Source: Paecilomyces variotii
Lineage: Eukaryota
Length of the DNA stretch: 64,000 nt
Direction: 5' to 3' (one strand)
NCBI GenBank assembly: GCA_004022145.1
Contig: RCNU01000001.1
Below the pieces are notes generated by a model. The model worked only from the letters and a program-made list of their open reading frames with translations. It did not search any database and had not been told where the DNA came from. The translations under genes were made by a program, and so were the position numbers. Positions 26,009-37,667 of this stretch are shown here, in pieces. Each line of letters opens with the position of its first letter. Within the stretch, counting starts at the first letter, position 1.

Positions 26009-28510
26009 TCACGGATTTGGAGATCCAATAGCGAGGCATGGTGGCATAAATGCTACCCATGAGCCAGCATCTCGATCATTCTTTGCAAGTGCGAGCTGAA
26101 GCAACCTGCTGAGAGCGAGCCAAGCCAGCTTTGCGGAGGCATTCGTGGTAGCCATCGCCTGAAGCCACTGGAGGACCATCACGGCATCAGCAGCGAGACT
26201 GTCTATCGAATCGGGCACATGGACAGCAGCATATACAATTTCTGTGGTCAAGATAGCTGCAGCCTGCACAAGATAATGCAGAATACTCCACCACGGCGTC
26301 GCCATATAGAACGCATATTTGTCTGATTCTTTCCTCAGAAAATGGACGAGATTTTGCGCTGAAGCCACGCAACGGGCGGCAGCCACCTCGTCTGAGCGTC
26401 GAGATTCTGTCGATTGATCTGGCATAGAGCTGACGTGACCGCTATCTGTCACGCACAGACAAGGTCGGTTAATTAAAAGACTTACGCTGTAACATCTAAT
26501 CTGCAAATGCATCACTTGAGAGCGGGCCGCAGAGGTCTGCTCAGTTCGTTGACGAAGCACATCCTTGAATACCGGCGTCCAAATTGCCGACCATCTTGCC
26601 AGTTTCGAATTCATACGTTCTACAATGCGTTGTATCTCGACCCATCGGAGAGTTACGGTACTTGCACTGTAGAGATATATCAATGTCTCACTCAATATCG
26701 CATCAAGTTCCACCGTGGACTGGAACGGATCAATCTTGACACGTGAAGGCGTTTGAGCCTCATCAGATGCCCTGTCATCGGATACGGAAGGATCGATGTT
26801 TTTGGACTTCGAGTAGTCTGAAAAACTTGTCTCAGGGGCGTCGTGAATCTTGACAGGTCTGGGCATTCCAGTGCTCACAGCACGTCCAGATACTCCCGTC
26901 GGACGGCCCGTAAGACAGCACAGCTGAGTCTCAAGTGATGCCAGGGAATGCCATATTCGCCGTTCCATATCATGTTGTACCTCTGCCACTGAGGGGTCTA
27001 CACTTTTCAAGTGAAGTCCCAAAGTATAAGCCTGAAGGATGGCGGTTCCGGTAGTATGCCAGGCTCTACGGACGATCAACAAGCCATTCACTCAATACCC
27101 CGTGACGACGAGACTTACCTGTTCACCTGGTTGCTAGCAAAGAAATACATGCCCGTCAGCGCGTCAAGTCTGATATGGTTGAGATCCGTCCGATCCAATG
27201 TGCGGACAAAATCTTGCATCACCAACCGCGAGCGGACATAGTAGAGGGTATGATCATTGGGTTTGCCTCTCCACTCCATCTCTAGTGCCTGGGCACACAG
27301 TTCACCCAGGGAGAATATGACATTAAGGGTGGCGATCCAGATCAAGATATCCTCTGTGAGTGGGCTGCCAATGGACCAGTATCTCTCGTATTGTTCTCTG
27401 AACTCCTCCTCATTGATTACCGGGAAGAATGGATGGACGGTCGTTAGATAGGAATCGAGGAGGGCATCCGCCACCGCGCGCTGAGGGAGCTGAAAGGCGT
27501 TTACGTTTTCACCGAATTCTCCGAAGTCGTCCAGATCCAAATCATCGAGATAATAGACACACGAAGATGCGAGAGCGCGGGAAAATTGCTGCCTGTCGCC
27601 TATCTGATCTAGCGTTTCTAGCATCTCCACATATTTCACCGATGTGAGTGGTTCTCTTGTTAGGACCTTTGGCATTTAGCAATGTTTTTCTCATGTGAGG
27701 TGCAATTTCGAGCACGATACGCGTACCTTTTCGACAATCTCTTCCATCCACCTTACGGCCGAGGACTTCCCCAGAAAACCAACAGACCTCTCTAGCACCA
27801 TCACATCATCTTGGATACGGTCTTGAAGCCGAGGCGAGCCTACAGAGCCTCTTGCTTCCATCTCGTCCGCCTTGGGCTCTTGAGACTGGATCTGCGGTAC
27901 GTCATCTTCGTGGGCTGCCTGTGTCGATGTTATCATTCAGCTTCTGCTCTCTCTGGCCAAAAGAGCCGAATTATCACGAAATAGAGCCTACCAGGGTCTC
28001 CTGGACAGCAACCTGTGTTGCTGCATCGAGCTGTGGAAGCACCTCCAGGAGAAGATCCCTATAAACGTTGACCGTTGCAGTCAAATCTCGCATATCCCTG
28101 AGAGATGTTGAGCCCCTGCAGTTAGACTCCCTCTACCAGATCCACATAACGGCGACGAATTTGGCTTTGAAAGACTTCTCAGGGAGAGGAAATACACACC
28201 GTTTTGCTTTCTCCCCTCTCGCGTCCGCGTAGTAGCAGCCAACGTGGAGTTTTCGGCATCGAGCACAGACAGGACGTCCGCCGTCACATTTGCGCTTGTG
28301 GGCTCTGCATGGTTCACAGGCGTGACTGACCCTCAATCTTGGCTTCCGCTCGCGTGCTGAACCGGTTTCTTTTGAAGAAGGAGAGTGGAAGCTATCCTTT
28401 GAAGCTGGGCCTGGTGTGGATCCCCTGGGCGGTGGTGAGTGTAGAGGAGCTTTTGTATTTTCGGGCGGTGCTGGCTCTACGCGCCTGTGGCGAGCGCCGC
28501 TGTTGGGCAT
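26009..28510 (-). CDS. Zn(II)2Cys6 fungal transcription factor with middle-homology domain, about 743 aa; exons 28510-28200, 28115-27992, 27918-27727, 27666-27119, 27065-26009
   Basis: ACEPCRAHKRKCDGGRPVCARCRKLHVGC; YLTTVHPFFPVI; LGLH..ERRIWHSL..TGRP. The splices keep the frame. Confidence 0.88.
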
Positions 28511-30691
28511 GATCTTTCATTGAAAATGAAGAATGCGAAAGGAGGTTAAACGAGGGCTATGCCTGTGCTGGTATTCGAACCGTGTCGCTGGAGGATATCC
28601 CCAAAGGTCAGGTGATCACAGGAGAGATTCGCCTGTCTTTTGAGGCTATATTCGATGTACTTTGGGAGTACAGTCGGAGTCAACTACGTCTTGGCAGGCG
28701 TTGCATCACGTGGGCCAGCCGTGGGACTGATATGAACGTCAGAATCAGGATTATCCATCTGTCGAGACTAACGCTCTCCATCTCGTAGAGGTCCGTTATG
28801 CTTTTGATCGATATCTTGAGCGCATGATGAAGACGAAAAGACCAAAGCGATGCTGAAGTACGTAATGCTTATTTCCACTCAAGGGCGGGCTAACTTGTAG
28901 TGTATTGGATTACTGTCGACCTCCATGGCAGCTGATCTACTGACACTTGAACGCGGTATCCTTTTACAAGGGCGTTCTTTACTTCCCAGCGATCCAGCAT
29001 AGGTCAGGAGAAGTAGTTTTGATCTCTCATTTGGTATAGGAAGCACTATTGCGCTTAGCCGAGAAGGAAATGCTCGATGCTTTTATGCTTGCTACTATGA
29101 TGAGAAAGGATGGATCGAAGGTGAGTTGACAAGTGGCCTATGGCGATTAACAGAGGCAGTCTGGCAGTTTTCTCGTATACGATTATTATCTTATCAGGCC
29201 CCCACCGACTTCGACTTTATATTTTTTGATTAAAGCGATATATCCTTCTCAGGTCGCACGCAGTGCTATGAGGAGCTGTATCATTTCTGCCATCATCATC
29301 GAACCAGTGACATACTCTGGTATTCCGTCGTGCGATTTACACGGCTCTTAGTTTAAATAGGGGATCTCTGAGAGCTGCGCACTGATCATAATCATAATAA
29401 TTGTGTCCTGCGCACAAAAGAGTAGGCGAAAAAGGGAACGAGGGGAGTGGACGGTCCAGTTAATTTTCTGTCAAATCCAGGCTGCTGGCACCAGACTTGA
29501 GGATCCAAGGGTAGGTTGCGGTGCCACAGTGTTTCAGGCAGGATGGTCGTTGTCTATGGTAGAAGAAATGAAGACGAAGATCGGTCCAGTCCCTGAGAAG
29601 GTGGAAACGCTTAAGCTATTATCTATGGTAGTTTAAACTAGTCAACTAAATTTAGTGGAATCCTGGTGGCTGGAAAGTTGGGGCTGGGCTTGCCTCGATC
29701 GCCACCGCGGCAACGATGTGCACGATACAGGCGTGGATTTGCAGCTGTGAGGGCAGAAAGCACAGAGAAGAGTCCGTAGAGATGGAGACAGATGGAGAGA
29801 GATGAAGCAAGAAGCAGGAGAACCTGTGTCTGGTTCCTGTGAGATGTATCGAAACCGATAGGTCAGAGACAGCGCCTAACAAAGGGCAGCGTGGATGTTC
29901 CGCCACTCGTCCTCCACGTTAGATTTCGAGCTGGCGCTGACGACGTTTCGGAACGTCTGCTCCTGAGCGAATCGCCCAGCCTCCCTCTCCGTTCCCCTTT
30001 CTCATCGGCTGGGGGACTTTTCCAACTCCCATCGCCCTCGTTGATTCATTGTCGTGCGTCTGTTCATTCTATCTATCGAGATATTCGCCAGGCGACGATC
30101 GAGCAACGCAGGCAAGTGTGCTCGAACGATCTAGTCCGGACTCCACGTCGCAGACTGTGTGCACGCATACCAGTCTACGGAGATACCAACGCTTCCACCA
30201 TACGGCATATTTCCCCGCACTACGATTGATTCGAAACTCTTTGGGAAGAAAAAAAAAAGCCTGGAACAACGCCGCTGATCTGCTGAAGGCAGACCATTTG
30301 GGATTGTATCTCACGTCATCGGCATCAAATATTAATATTCAACCCGTGTTCCAGAGGTAGGACGTACCGAACGTCTGCCCCAGGCTCTGGTGCAGAGCCT
30401 GTGCTCAAAGGCCGTCATCGTGAAACGAATCGGCTAGGCTCCAGTTTCACAGTTTCGAATTCTGCAGCGACAGACGATCTGCACATGTTTGACGCCGCGA
30501 CCCAGCGTCAATGATCCCCTGATCCCTGAGCGGTTGTATTTTCGACCACCCCCCTTTTCATCGCAGGACTTCCCCTTTAGTTTGAACTTCGTTATCGACA
30601 CCTCTTGACAGTGCTCGTGGGCTGTCGTCCCGAGTGAGAGACGTTCTGACGCAACGGTCGCCATTGCTGGTCAGTGGCCCTCATTGCCGTC

Positions 30692-33256
30692 ATGGAAACT
30701 TCCGCATCGGTCCTCGTACATGCAAACGAGCTGTACGCCCGGTCCAGTACATCCAGCAGCTCAGATAGTCGGCCACCCGTGTACAAAGCAATCGGGATTT
30801 CATTAGCTGTCGCCTCGGGACTTTTCATCGGAGTGTCATTCGTGCTGAAGAAGACGGGGCTGCTGAAGGCCAATGTCAAATACAACGAAGAGGCCGGTGA
30901 AGGCTATGGCTATCTCAAGAACTTCTGGTGGTGGAGTGGAATGACCTTGATGATCATTGGCGAGATATGCAACTTCGTCGCCTATGCTTTCGTCGATGCC
31001 ATTCTGGTCACTCCGCTGGGTGCGCTCTCCGTGGTGATCACAACCATCCTGTCCGCCATTTTCCTAAAAGAACGACTCAGCTTTGTCGGAAAAGTGGGAT
31101 GCTTCAGCTGCATCATCGGGTCTGTTGTGATCGCGATGAATGCCCCTGAGCAGTCTTCCGTGAACGACATCCAGGACATGCAACACTACGTCATCGCACC
31201 GGGTTTTCTCAGCTATGCCGGCGTGATCATCGTCGGTTGCGCCTTTCTTGCCTTCTGGGCTGGTCCCCGCTACGGCAAGAAGAATATGTTCGTATACATC
31301 AGCATCTGTAGCCTGATAGGAGGATTGAGTGTCGTTGCGACACAGGGTCTGGGTGCGGCCATTCTGGCCCAGATAAGGGGTGTTCCTCAATTCAAGCAAT
31401 GGTTTCTTTACGTCTTGTTCGTCTTTGTTGTTGCGACGCTCCTGACGGAGATCATTTTCCTCAACGTAAGTTCTGCCAGAACCATGAGCTCGAAACGGAT
31501 TGCTGACTTCCCCTTGCAGAAAGCACTGAATATATTCAATGCCGCTCTAGTAACGCCAACGTATTATGTTTTATTTACTAGTGCCACGATTATAACCTCT
31601 GCAATTCTCTTCCGGGGATTCAAAGGTTCCGCTGTTCAAATTACAACAGTCATAATGGGATTCCTTCAAATCTGTGCAGGCGTAGTGTTACTGCAGCTTT
31701 CCAAGTCGGCCAAGGATGTGCCAGATGCGGCAGTCTTCAAGGGAGATCTGGATCAGATACGGGAGGTTGGAGAACAGGAAGAGCCGGAATTGGAACCCAA
31801 GGCGGATGCTATTCGTGGTACTGCGGCCATTCTCAGACGGATCTCGACTTCAAGACAGAAGATGGAAGCGGAGGAAGCCCGTCGGTACTTCAGAGAGAGG
31901 CAAGAAGATCATTTGAGGCCTCCGAGCGAAAACGAGATCATCGAGTGGGACGGGTTAAGACGGCGCAAGACCATTATAGGACAGGGGCCGACTATGGCAC
32001 GACCGCGTACACCTGGAACTCCAGTCTCTGCAAGGACTCTTCATCCACCGCTGGGTATGTCGCATTTCCCGGAGGACGAAGAGCCGGAAAGGCCGAGCAC
32101 CAAGCAAAGCGGCCATTCATTCTTTGGTGATGTCGTGTCCCGGGCATCCAGTGTACTTCATCCGACGCAGTGGAGACCAATTCACGAAGAGCATAAGACG
32201 CACAGTCCACTGCACCCAGTTGCTTTGACCGACATATCTGTTCATCCGAATAAGGGCGGCGATACGGCTTATCACGGAGCTGCTCCATACCCTGGTGCAG
32301 ATCTTGATCCGCCTTTCCAGCCGAGACTTGGAAGAGAGCGTAGCGATACCCCTCGTTCCATCTCATGGGCTGATGAGAACCATCAGGTACAGTCGCCTAC
32401 TCGTGGTGGCCAGTTAGCGCCTGAACAGACACCAAATAGCGCTCGACGTCAGTTCTCATTCCAAAATGTCTTCCACCGATCGAAGACTGGCGAACAGTCA
32501 CCCAGAAGTCCGGCTAGTCCCGTGCGTGGAATCCTGAGACGGGGCCATCGTACAGACAGCCTGGAGCAGAGACGGGCGATGAAACATGCGACTGAAGAGG
32601 AACGCTTGGGGCTGGTGAAGGGTGATTCGCGTGGCAGTGATGGGGAGGACTCATTGGATGAGAAGTTGCAACGGACATTGTCCTCGTCCAGTGATTCGAG
32701 TGTCGAAGACTTGGTTCCCAGACCGGTACATTTCTCGCGTCCGCACCAACCATCGGTATCAACCGCTTCCACTACTACGTTCCCCGCCTACGAAGAGCCG
32801 CCACATTATGGGGAGGTCGAACACTACTATATGTATCCTCCTTCGCAGCAGGTAGCTTCCCCGATCGGAGAGGCGCTTGAGCACAGCTGGCAGATGCCCC
32901 ATGTTGCATCCACTGCTCATGACACCACCGATGCTTCTCGACCCCATGTAGTTCCTGCTCGAAGACCGAACCCACTACCTCGTATCCCGTCCGAAGAGTC
33001 AGCAGCAGGCGAAAGCGCTGAACCCTACACGCGAGTCGAACTCCGATCCCCAGATCTCGGCTACAGCAGCTCCGATCATGGAGTCGCATCTCTGTCTTCA
33101 TCACAGACATCTTCTAATAGCCGCGGACGTCGAGAAAGCGGCTGGCGAAGAGCAGGCCATCGATACACCAGAGGTGACTCGGCCAGCAGCGGCAGCAGCA
33201 ATGAAGACACCGGGGGAGGTCGAAGACAGATCAGCAGAGACGGAGCGTTCCTATGA
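30692..33256 (+). CDS. NIPA/DUF803 magnesium-transporter-family membrane protein with long disordered C-terminus, about 836 aa; intron 31466-31519
   Basis: IGVSFVLKKTGL, GEICNFVAYAF, LVTPLGALSV, ALNIFNAALVTPTYYV; multiple TM segments. Confidence 0.92.
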   Translation: METSASVLVHANELYARSSTSSSSDSRPPVYKAIGISLAVASGLFIGVSFVLKKTGLLKANVKYNEEAGEGYGYLKNFWWWSGMTLMIIGEICNFVAYAFVDAILVTPLGALSVVITTILSAIFLKERLSFVGKVGCFSCIIGSVVIAMNAPEQSSVNDIQDMQHYVIAPGFLSYAGVIIVGCAFLAFWAGPRYGKKNMFVYISICSLIGGLSVVATQGLGAAILAQIRGVPQFKQWFLYVLFVFVVATLLTEIIFLNVSSARTMSSKRIADFPLQKALNIFNAALVTPTYYVLFTSATIITSAILFRGFKGSAVQITTVIMGFLQICAGVVLLQLSKSAKDVPDAAVFKGDLDQIREVGEQEEPELEPKADAIRGTAAILRRISTSRQKMEAEEARRYFRERQEDHLRPPSENEIIEWDGLRRRKTIIGQGPTMARPRTPGTPVSARTLHPPLGMSHFPEDEEPERPSTKQSGHSFFGDVVSRASSVLHPTQWRPIHEEHKTHSPLHPVALTDISVHPNKGGDTAYHGAAPYPGADLDPPFQPRLGRERSDTPRSISWADENHQVQSPTRGGQLAPEQTPNSARRQFSFQNVFHRSKTGEQSPRSPASPVRGILRRGHRTDSLEQRRAMKHATEEERLGLVKGDSRGSDGEDSLDEKLQRTLSSSSDSSVEDLVPRPVHFSRPHQPSVSTASTTTFPAYEEPPHYGEVEHYYMYPPSQQVASPIGEALEHSWQMPHVASTAHDTTDASRPHVVPARRPNPLPRIPSEESAAGESAEPYTRVELRSPDLGYSSSDHGVASLSSSQTSSNSRGRRESGWRRAGHRYTRGDSASSGSSNEDTGGGRRQISRDGAFL

Positions 33257-34219
33257 TCCTTTGGGACATAAGCTCCATTCTTGCTCTTCTTCTGTGTGAT
33301 TATTCTTCACATGTGGATATCCTGGGCGTTGGAAGCCGCCATTTGTTTTTTTTTTAGATACGACCTGATGATGCTCCTAATGCCTCTTGCTCCTTTTTTA
33401 TCTTCATGAAATGTACTGTACTTACATCCTTTGCCTGTACTTTCTTTTTTTGGATTTTGCTATATGGGAGGATGTACCAGGGCTCCAATCGCTATTTTTT
33501 GTCATACATACCTTTTTATATTGTTTATTGTTTTCCTCTCCACATACCTGACATGACGTGAATGACAATGGCTATGGGTCGGATCTACAGAGTACCTAGG
33601 ATAGGATTCATCTAGGAGTTCCGGAGGCTAGCATATAGTATAGATATTGCTTAAATATAAATATAAATCTATTCTTATTTCAATTCACTTTGGAGGATTT
33701 CGATTTTCAGATTTTCTAATACCACCCCGGCTCCCTAATCGACTCCTAGAGTCTTCGTGGACTTTTCCAGGCATGAGAGCGAAAAAAAGAGGAACACTGC
33801 CCGCCAAAAGTAAGGCGGAGGTTTTGTAGCTCTCCCACCGCCTCTCCGAGCTAAAGGAGAGGTGGATGATGTGAGCCTTTTAGATCTAGTAATTTGCTTC
33901 TTTCCCTTCTCTGTTCAATATCACCGTCCAAGATGAAGCAAAAAGGATATTATTTCTGACGTAGAAGTATTATTGTTATACCAATTATATTATAACTTTT
34001 ATAACGCTATTCGCCAATCCAAACCAATCGAATCCTTAAACCAACCTGTTCTATCAGATCCTGGTGAAAATATGCAAGTAATAGTAGTGGTACACAGAAC
34101 ACAGTCCACAGAGATGGACATGTGAGGAGAAGAGCAAAGAAAAATCGTAAATCAACATTCAACATCATCGTCATTCGTGACTGTTACTCTCTTGGATTTC
34201 AAAGAGAGACAGTTCGATA

Positions 34220-35345
34220 TCATGGACCCGTCTTCTTTTTGAACATGTTCAGGACGCTGTGCTGGCCTTTGGGGCACATGTTCATGTTAGAGAATCCGCA
34301 TTCAGGTAGTCGTTTAGAAGCCTTGATGCTTTCGAGGACCCTGTAAGGAATTAATTATGTTGTAAGTCAATGGGGTTCCTTTTTCTCATGGATTATCATG
34401 CAATCTAATGTTAATTGAGTATGGGAGGGGAAGGAAAGAAACATACCACTCGACATCAACAAACTTCACATTCCTCCCAGCAGCACTACCAGATCGTTGC
34501 AGTTCTTTCTGCACCTTCCCAGCAGCAAGACCGCCGCCGGCGCCGGATCCGTTCCCGTTCGGTTTTCCCAGGATGACGTGCGTGACGGTCTGGCGGGCGA
34601 GAGTGATGGCGATTTTGGCGCCGTTGGATGCGAGGAGGTGTTTGAGCTTGTGGTCTGAGATGAGCGGGAAGGTACTGCCGTTTATATAGATTGTTGTTCC
34701 GGTAAAGATGCCGGTGGGGGTTTCTGTTGTGGGATCGAGTTCGGGGGTATTGTTGGTGTCGCTGGGATTGTCATTGCAGAAAGCGAGTTTAGGCCGTGCA
34801 GATGGAGGAGGAAGAGCTGTGTATCCCTTGTGTTGTGGATCAGCTTGGTCTCGACTGCTGTGCTGCGATGTAGATGATGGCGCCGACGACGGTGAAGATT
34901 CTGCTGCTCTCAATTCCACCACCTTCGTCTTCTTCACCGTCTTCTCGTTGAGGCTTCCATTTTCATCCCCATCCCACTTCCTCCTCTTCGCCCCTCCACC
35001 ACCACCACCCATCAATGTCCTAATATCCGCACATCCCAATCGCCGTCTCTCCGCCTCGTCCGCAGATATCCATCTCCATTCTCCTGCAGCTCCGTTCCTG
35101 ATCTTATTCTGGTTCTTACTACTAACACGACAGCCGTTATTCAGCGTCCCATCTCCACTTCCATTCGTGATAGGCTTGCCGAATTGATGTGATAGCTTCT
35201 CTGTTCGCGTAGTGCGCCATTCGGACGTGTTGGAGTATGGGTTCTCTGCGCGTTGGTGGCCGGTAGATGCAGTGTTCCAGGGATCGAAGGTTAGATGGTT
35301 CTGAGGGACGATGGTATGTGGTTTGTTCAAGGGATGAGGGGGCAT
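34220..35345 (-). CDS. Stand-alone BRCT-domain protein, about 339 aa; exons 35345-34447, 34340-34220
   Basis: IFTGTTIYINGST..LKHLLASNGA..VTHVIL..VKFVDVEW|VLESIKASKRLPE is a Rev1-type BRCT pattern. Confidence 0.8.
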
Positions 35346-36134
35346 TGTAGATTGATTAAGCGTTTGGGGAATATAGAGAGAGAGAAATCCCGTCGTGTCG
35401 TGTCTGTTGGCCGGGAGAAAAACGCTACCCTTTTCGAAGATGTGGAAGATAAATTGGAGTAGTCCATGCAACGATTGGCATCTTCTGCAATATAGAAGAT
35501 GAAGAGAAAAAAAAGGTTAGCTGCCTGCGGATTCCCCGCAGTCCAAGTATGTAGTTGCGTCGAAAGAGCGCGTGGGGTTAAGCTGCTATGTAGCTAGCTA
35601 GCTATGGCTGCGGGGCAGAAATTTCCGTCCTTTATGTAGCCACCACGCAGTCTACTTTCTTCAGAGAAACTGCAACTTGTCAGATATGCATAGATGGCTC
35701 ATATCTTCTGGCTGACAAGGAGTGATTGCAGACTTCCACCGGATGAGATGTGCAGGCTGTCAGGAAGGGTGAAGCGCAAGGAGGGACGATGCTCGGTAGT
35801 CTAGACGAGAAAACATGAATTTCCCCGCCAAGATTCATTTGCTCCGCTCATTGTTTTTGTTTTACTGGAATGAGCTTAGCATGAGATCAACCTACCTTTT
35901 AATCTGATCAATTCTTAATTGCCTTTTTTTTATAAATATACACAATTTATATGAGTCCTCAAGTATATAATTCATATATATCTATCATCTCAATAATTAA
36001 ATATGTTTAGATGTATCTATTGACTCTTGATTTAAATTAGAAACAGAATACTAGGTATCTAGTGAAAGAAAGAACAAAGGAGAGACCGGAAAAGAAAAAC
36101 AGGAAAAAAACCTGGCAGTAATATGTGAACAACC

Positions 36135-37667
36135 TTACGGCTGTATCGCACACCACTTTTGTATGTGTTCCAATTGCTCTCCGCGTTTAGCGGCCTGTTC
36201 TCGATATCTTTCGATCTCATTCTGAGATATCGCAAGCTTCTCTGCTAACGCCTTGAGCTCCATCTTGAGCGTTTCAATTTCCTTTTCCCTTGTTTTTATA
36301 GAATCAGTGGCTTTCTGTTCTATTTGCACTTCGCGTTGAGCGGCCTTTTCTCTCTCATTCCGGGATATGTCAAGCTTTTCTGCTAACGACTTATTCCTTA
36401 CCTGGAGCCCATCAATCTCATCGAGTGCGAGTCTTGTGAAAGTGTCAAGTGCCTTTTTAGCATCAAGCGTTGACTCGATAAGCTTTTGAGATACGTCCAG
36501 GTTATCTTTAGAAGAGGGTGTATTAGATTGGCCTAGTTCGATTTTTATAGTGGTCAAGTCGGCCCTCTGGGAGTCATCCCCATCAAATTCGCCAATTTGC
36601 TGAGGTGTCATACTCCTATCACTTCCAGTTGTTGGATGTGTAGCATTGTGTGACTGCTCCCTCGGCTGAGCATAATTAGAGAAGCCTATTCCAACATCAT
36701 CGCGGTCGATAGAGGCTGTATTGAGGCTCTCTTCCGACTGGCGTTGTACAGGATCTCGTGGAAGGCTCCCTTGTTCCGTTGACGGAAGACGGGCCATAGG
36801 AGCTACTGCAGAGTCATGGGCATCCGTTGCTGAACCATTTGGGATCTCAATGTCTGCCGCGTAGGGTTCTGGTGGATTGAAACTGGAACCGATCACTGGG
36901 TCTTTCACAGAGATACCAGATGGTCGGATGGAAATATCAGGCGGATTCGCTTCTCCCGCACTCTGAGGATGTGTACAACTTTCAACCATTATAACGGGTC
37001 TCAATATTTGACTGTTATCACCGTATGTGTCCTAAATTAAGTTATGTATTAGCCTATAGCGCCTGAATAAGGGCATTCTTGGTCGTATCAGCAAGTGGCT
37101 CACCCTCTGCTTCTTTGCACTTCCCCTCATTGGACTTCGCCGGCCAGAAGGCGAAATATCCCCGCTGTCTCTGTCAGTGTCTGTATCTTCCCCTTCGGGA
37201 GTGACTTCGCGGATATTGGGTTGAGATCGTCGCTTTCGTTTCCCCGCCGACTCCGAATTCCGAGATGATGTTGTGGTCCCCGTCTGAGAGTAATAATATT
37301 ACTGTCAGTCGCGTCAACAGTAGCGTATAGAAGATATACTAACTCGGAGGCCAGCAGCTTTATCCTGCAAGATAATTAGCCTCCTAGGTCGTTCTTAAAC
37401 AAGTCACATGCTCACGTACATTCTCGAATCGCAACTTGGCTTCGATGCCACGGAGAGTTCTGTTTGGGAAGTAATCCTAGATCATTGGAGCGTTAGAATG
37501 GAATAATCGATACAGTAATAAAGTACAAGCAAACATATAGGAGAATATCGTGCCCTTTGTATGTCTTTAGTCGGGAGAGGAGGGACTTGATTCACCAGGG
37601 ACAGCAGCAGCTGCGTATTATAGTCCCCCCATCGTGGCATTGAGCCTTTCTTTCCGGGATTTGGCAT
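36135..37667 (-). CDS. Hypothetical nuclear protein with N-terminal Myb/SANT-like motif, NLS and C-terminal coiled coil, about 422 aa; exons 37667-37554, 37476-37420, 37364-37344, 37283-37104, 37031-36135
   Basis: Four phase-0 introns with branch sites join small exons to the 289-aa ORF. WGDYNTQLLLSL..KDIQRDYFPNRTLRGIEAKL; GKRKRR. The first donor is probably GC. Confidence 0.6.

Noticed and set aside
30674-30691. GTG start given by the ORF track for the NIPA gene
   Set aside because: An in-frame ATG in good context follows at 30692
34386-35471. 361-aa single-exon version of the BRCT gene
   Set aside because: It starts at a TTG and runs into an intron; the ATG at 35345 and the spliced end complete the BRCT domain better
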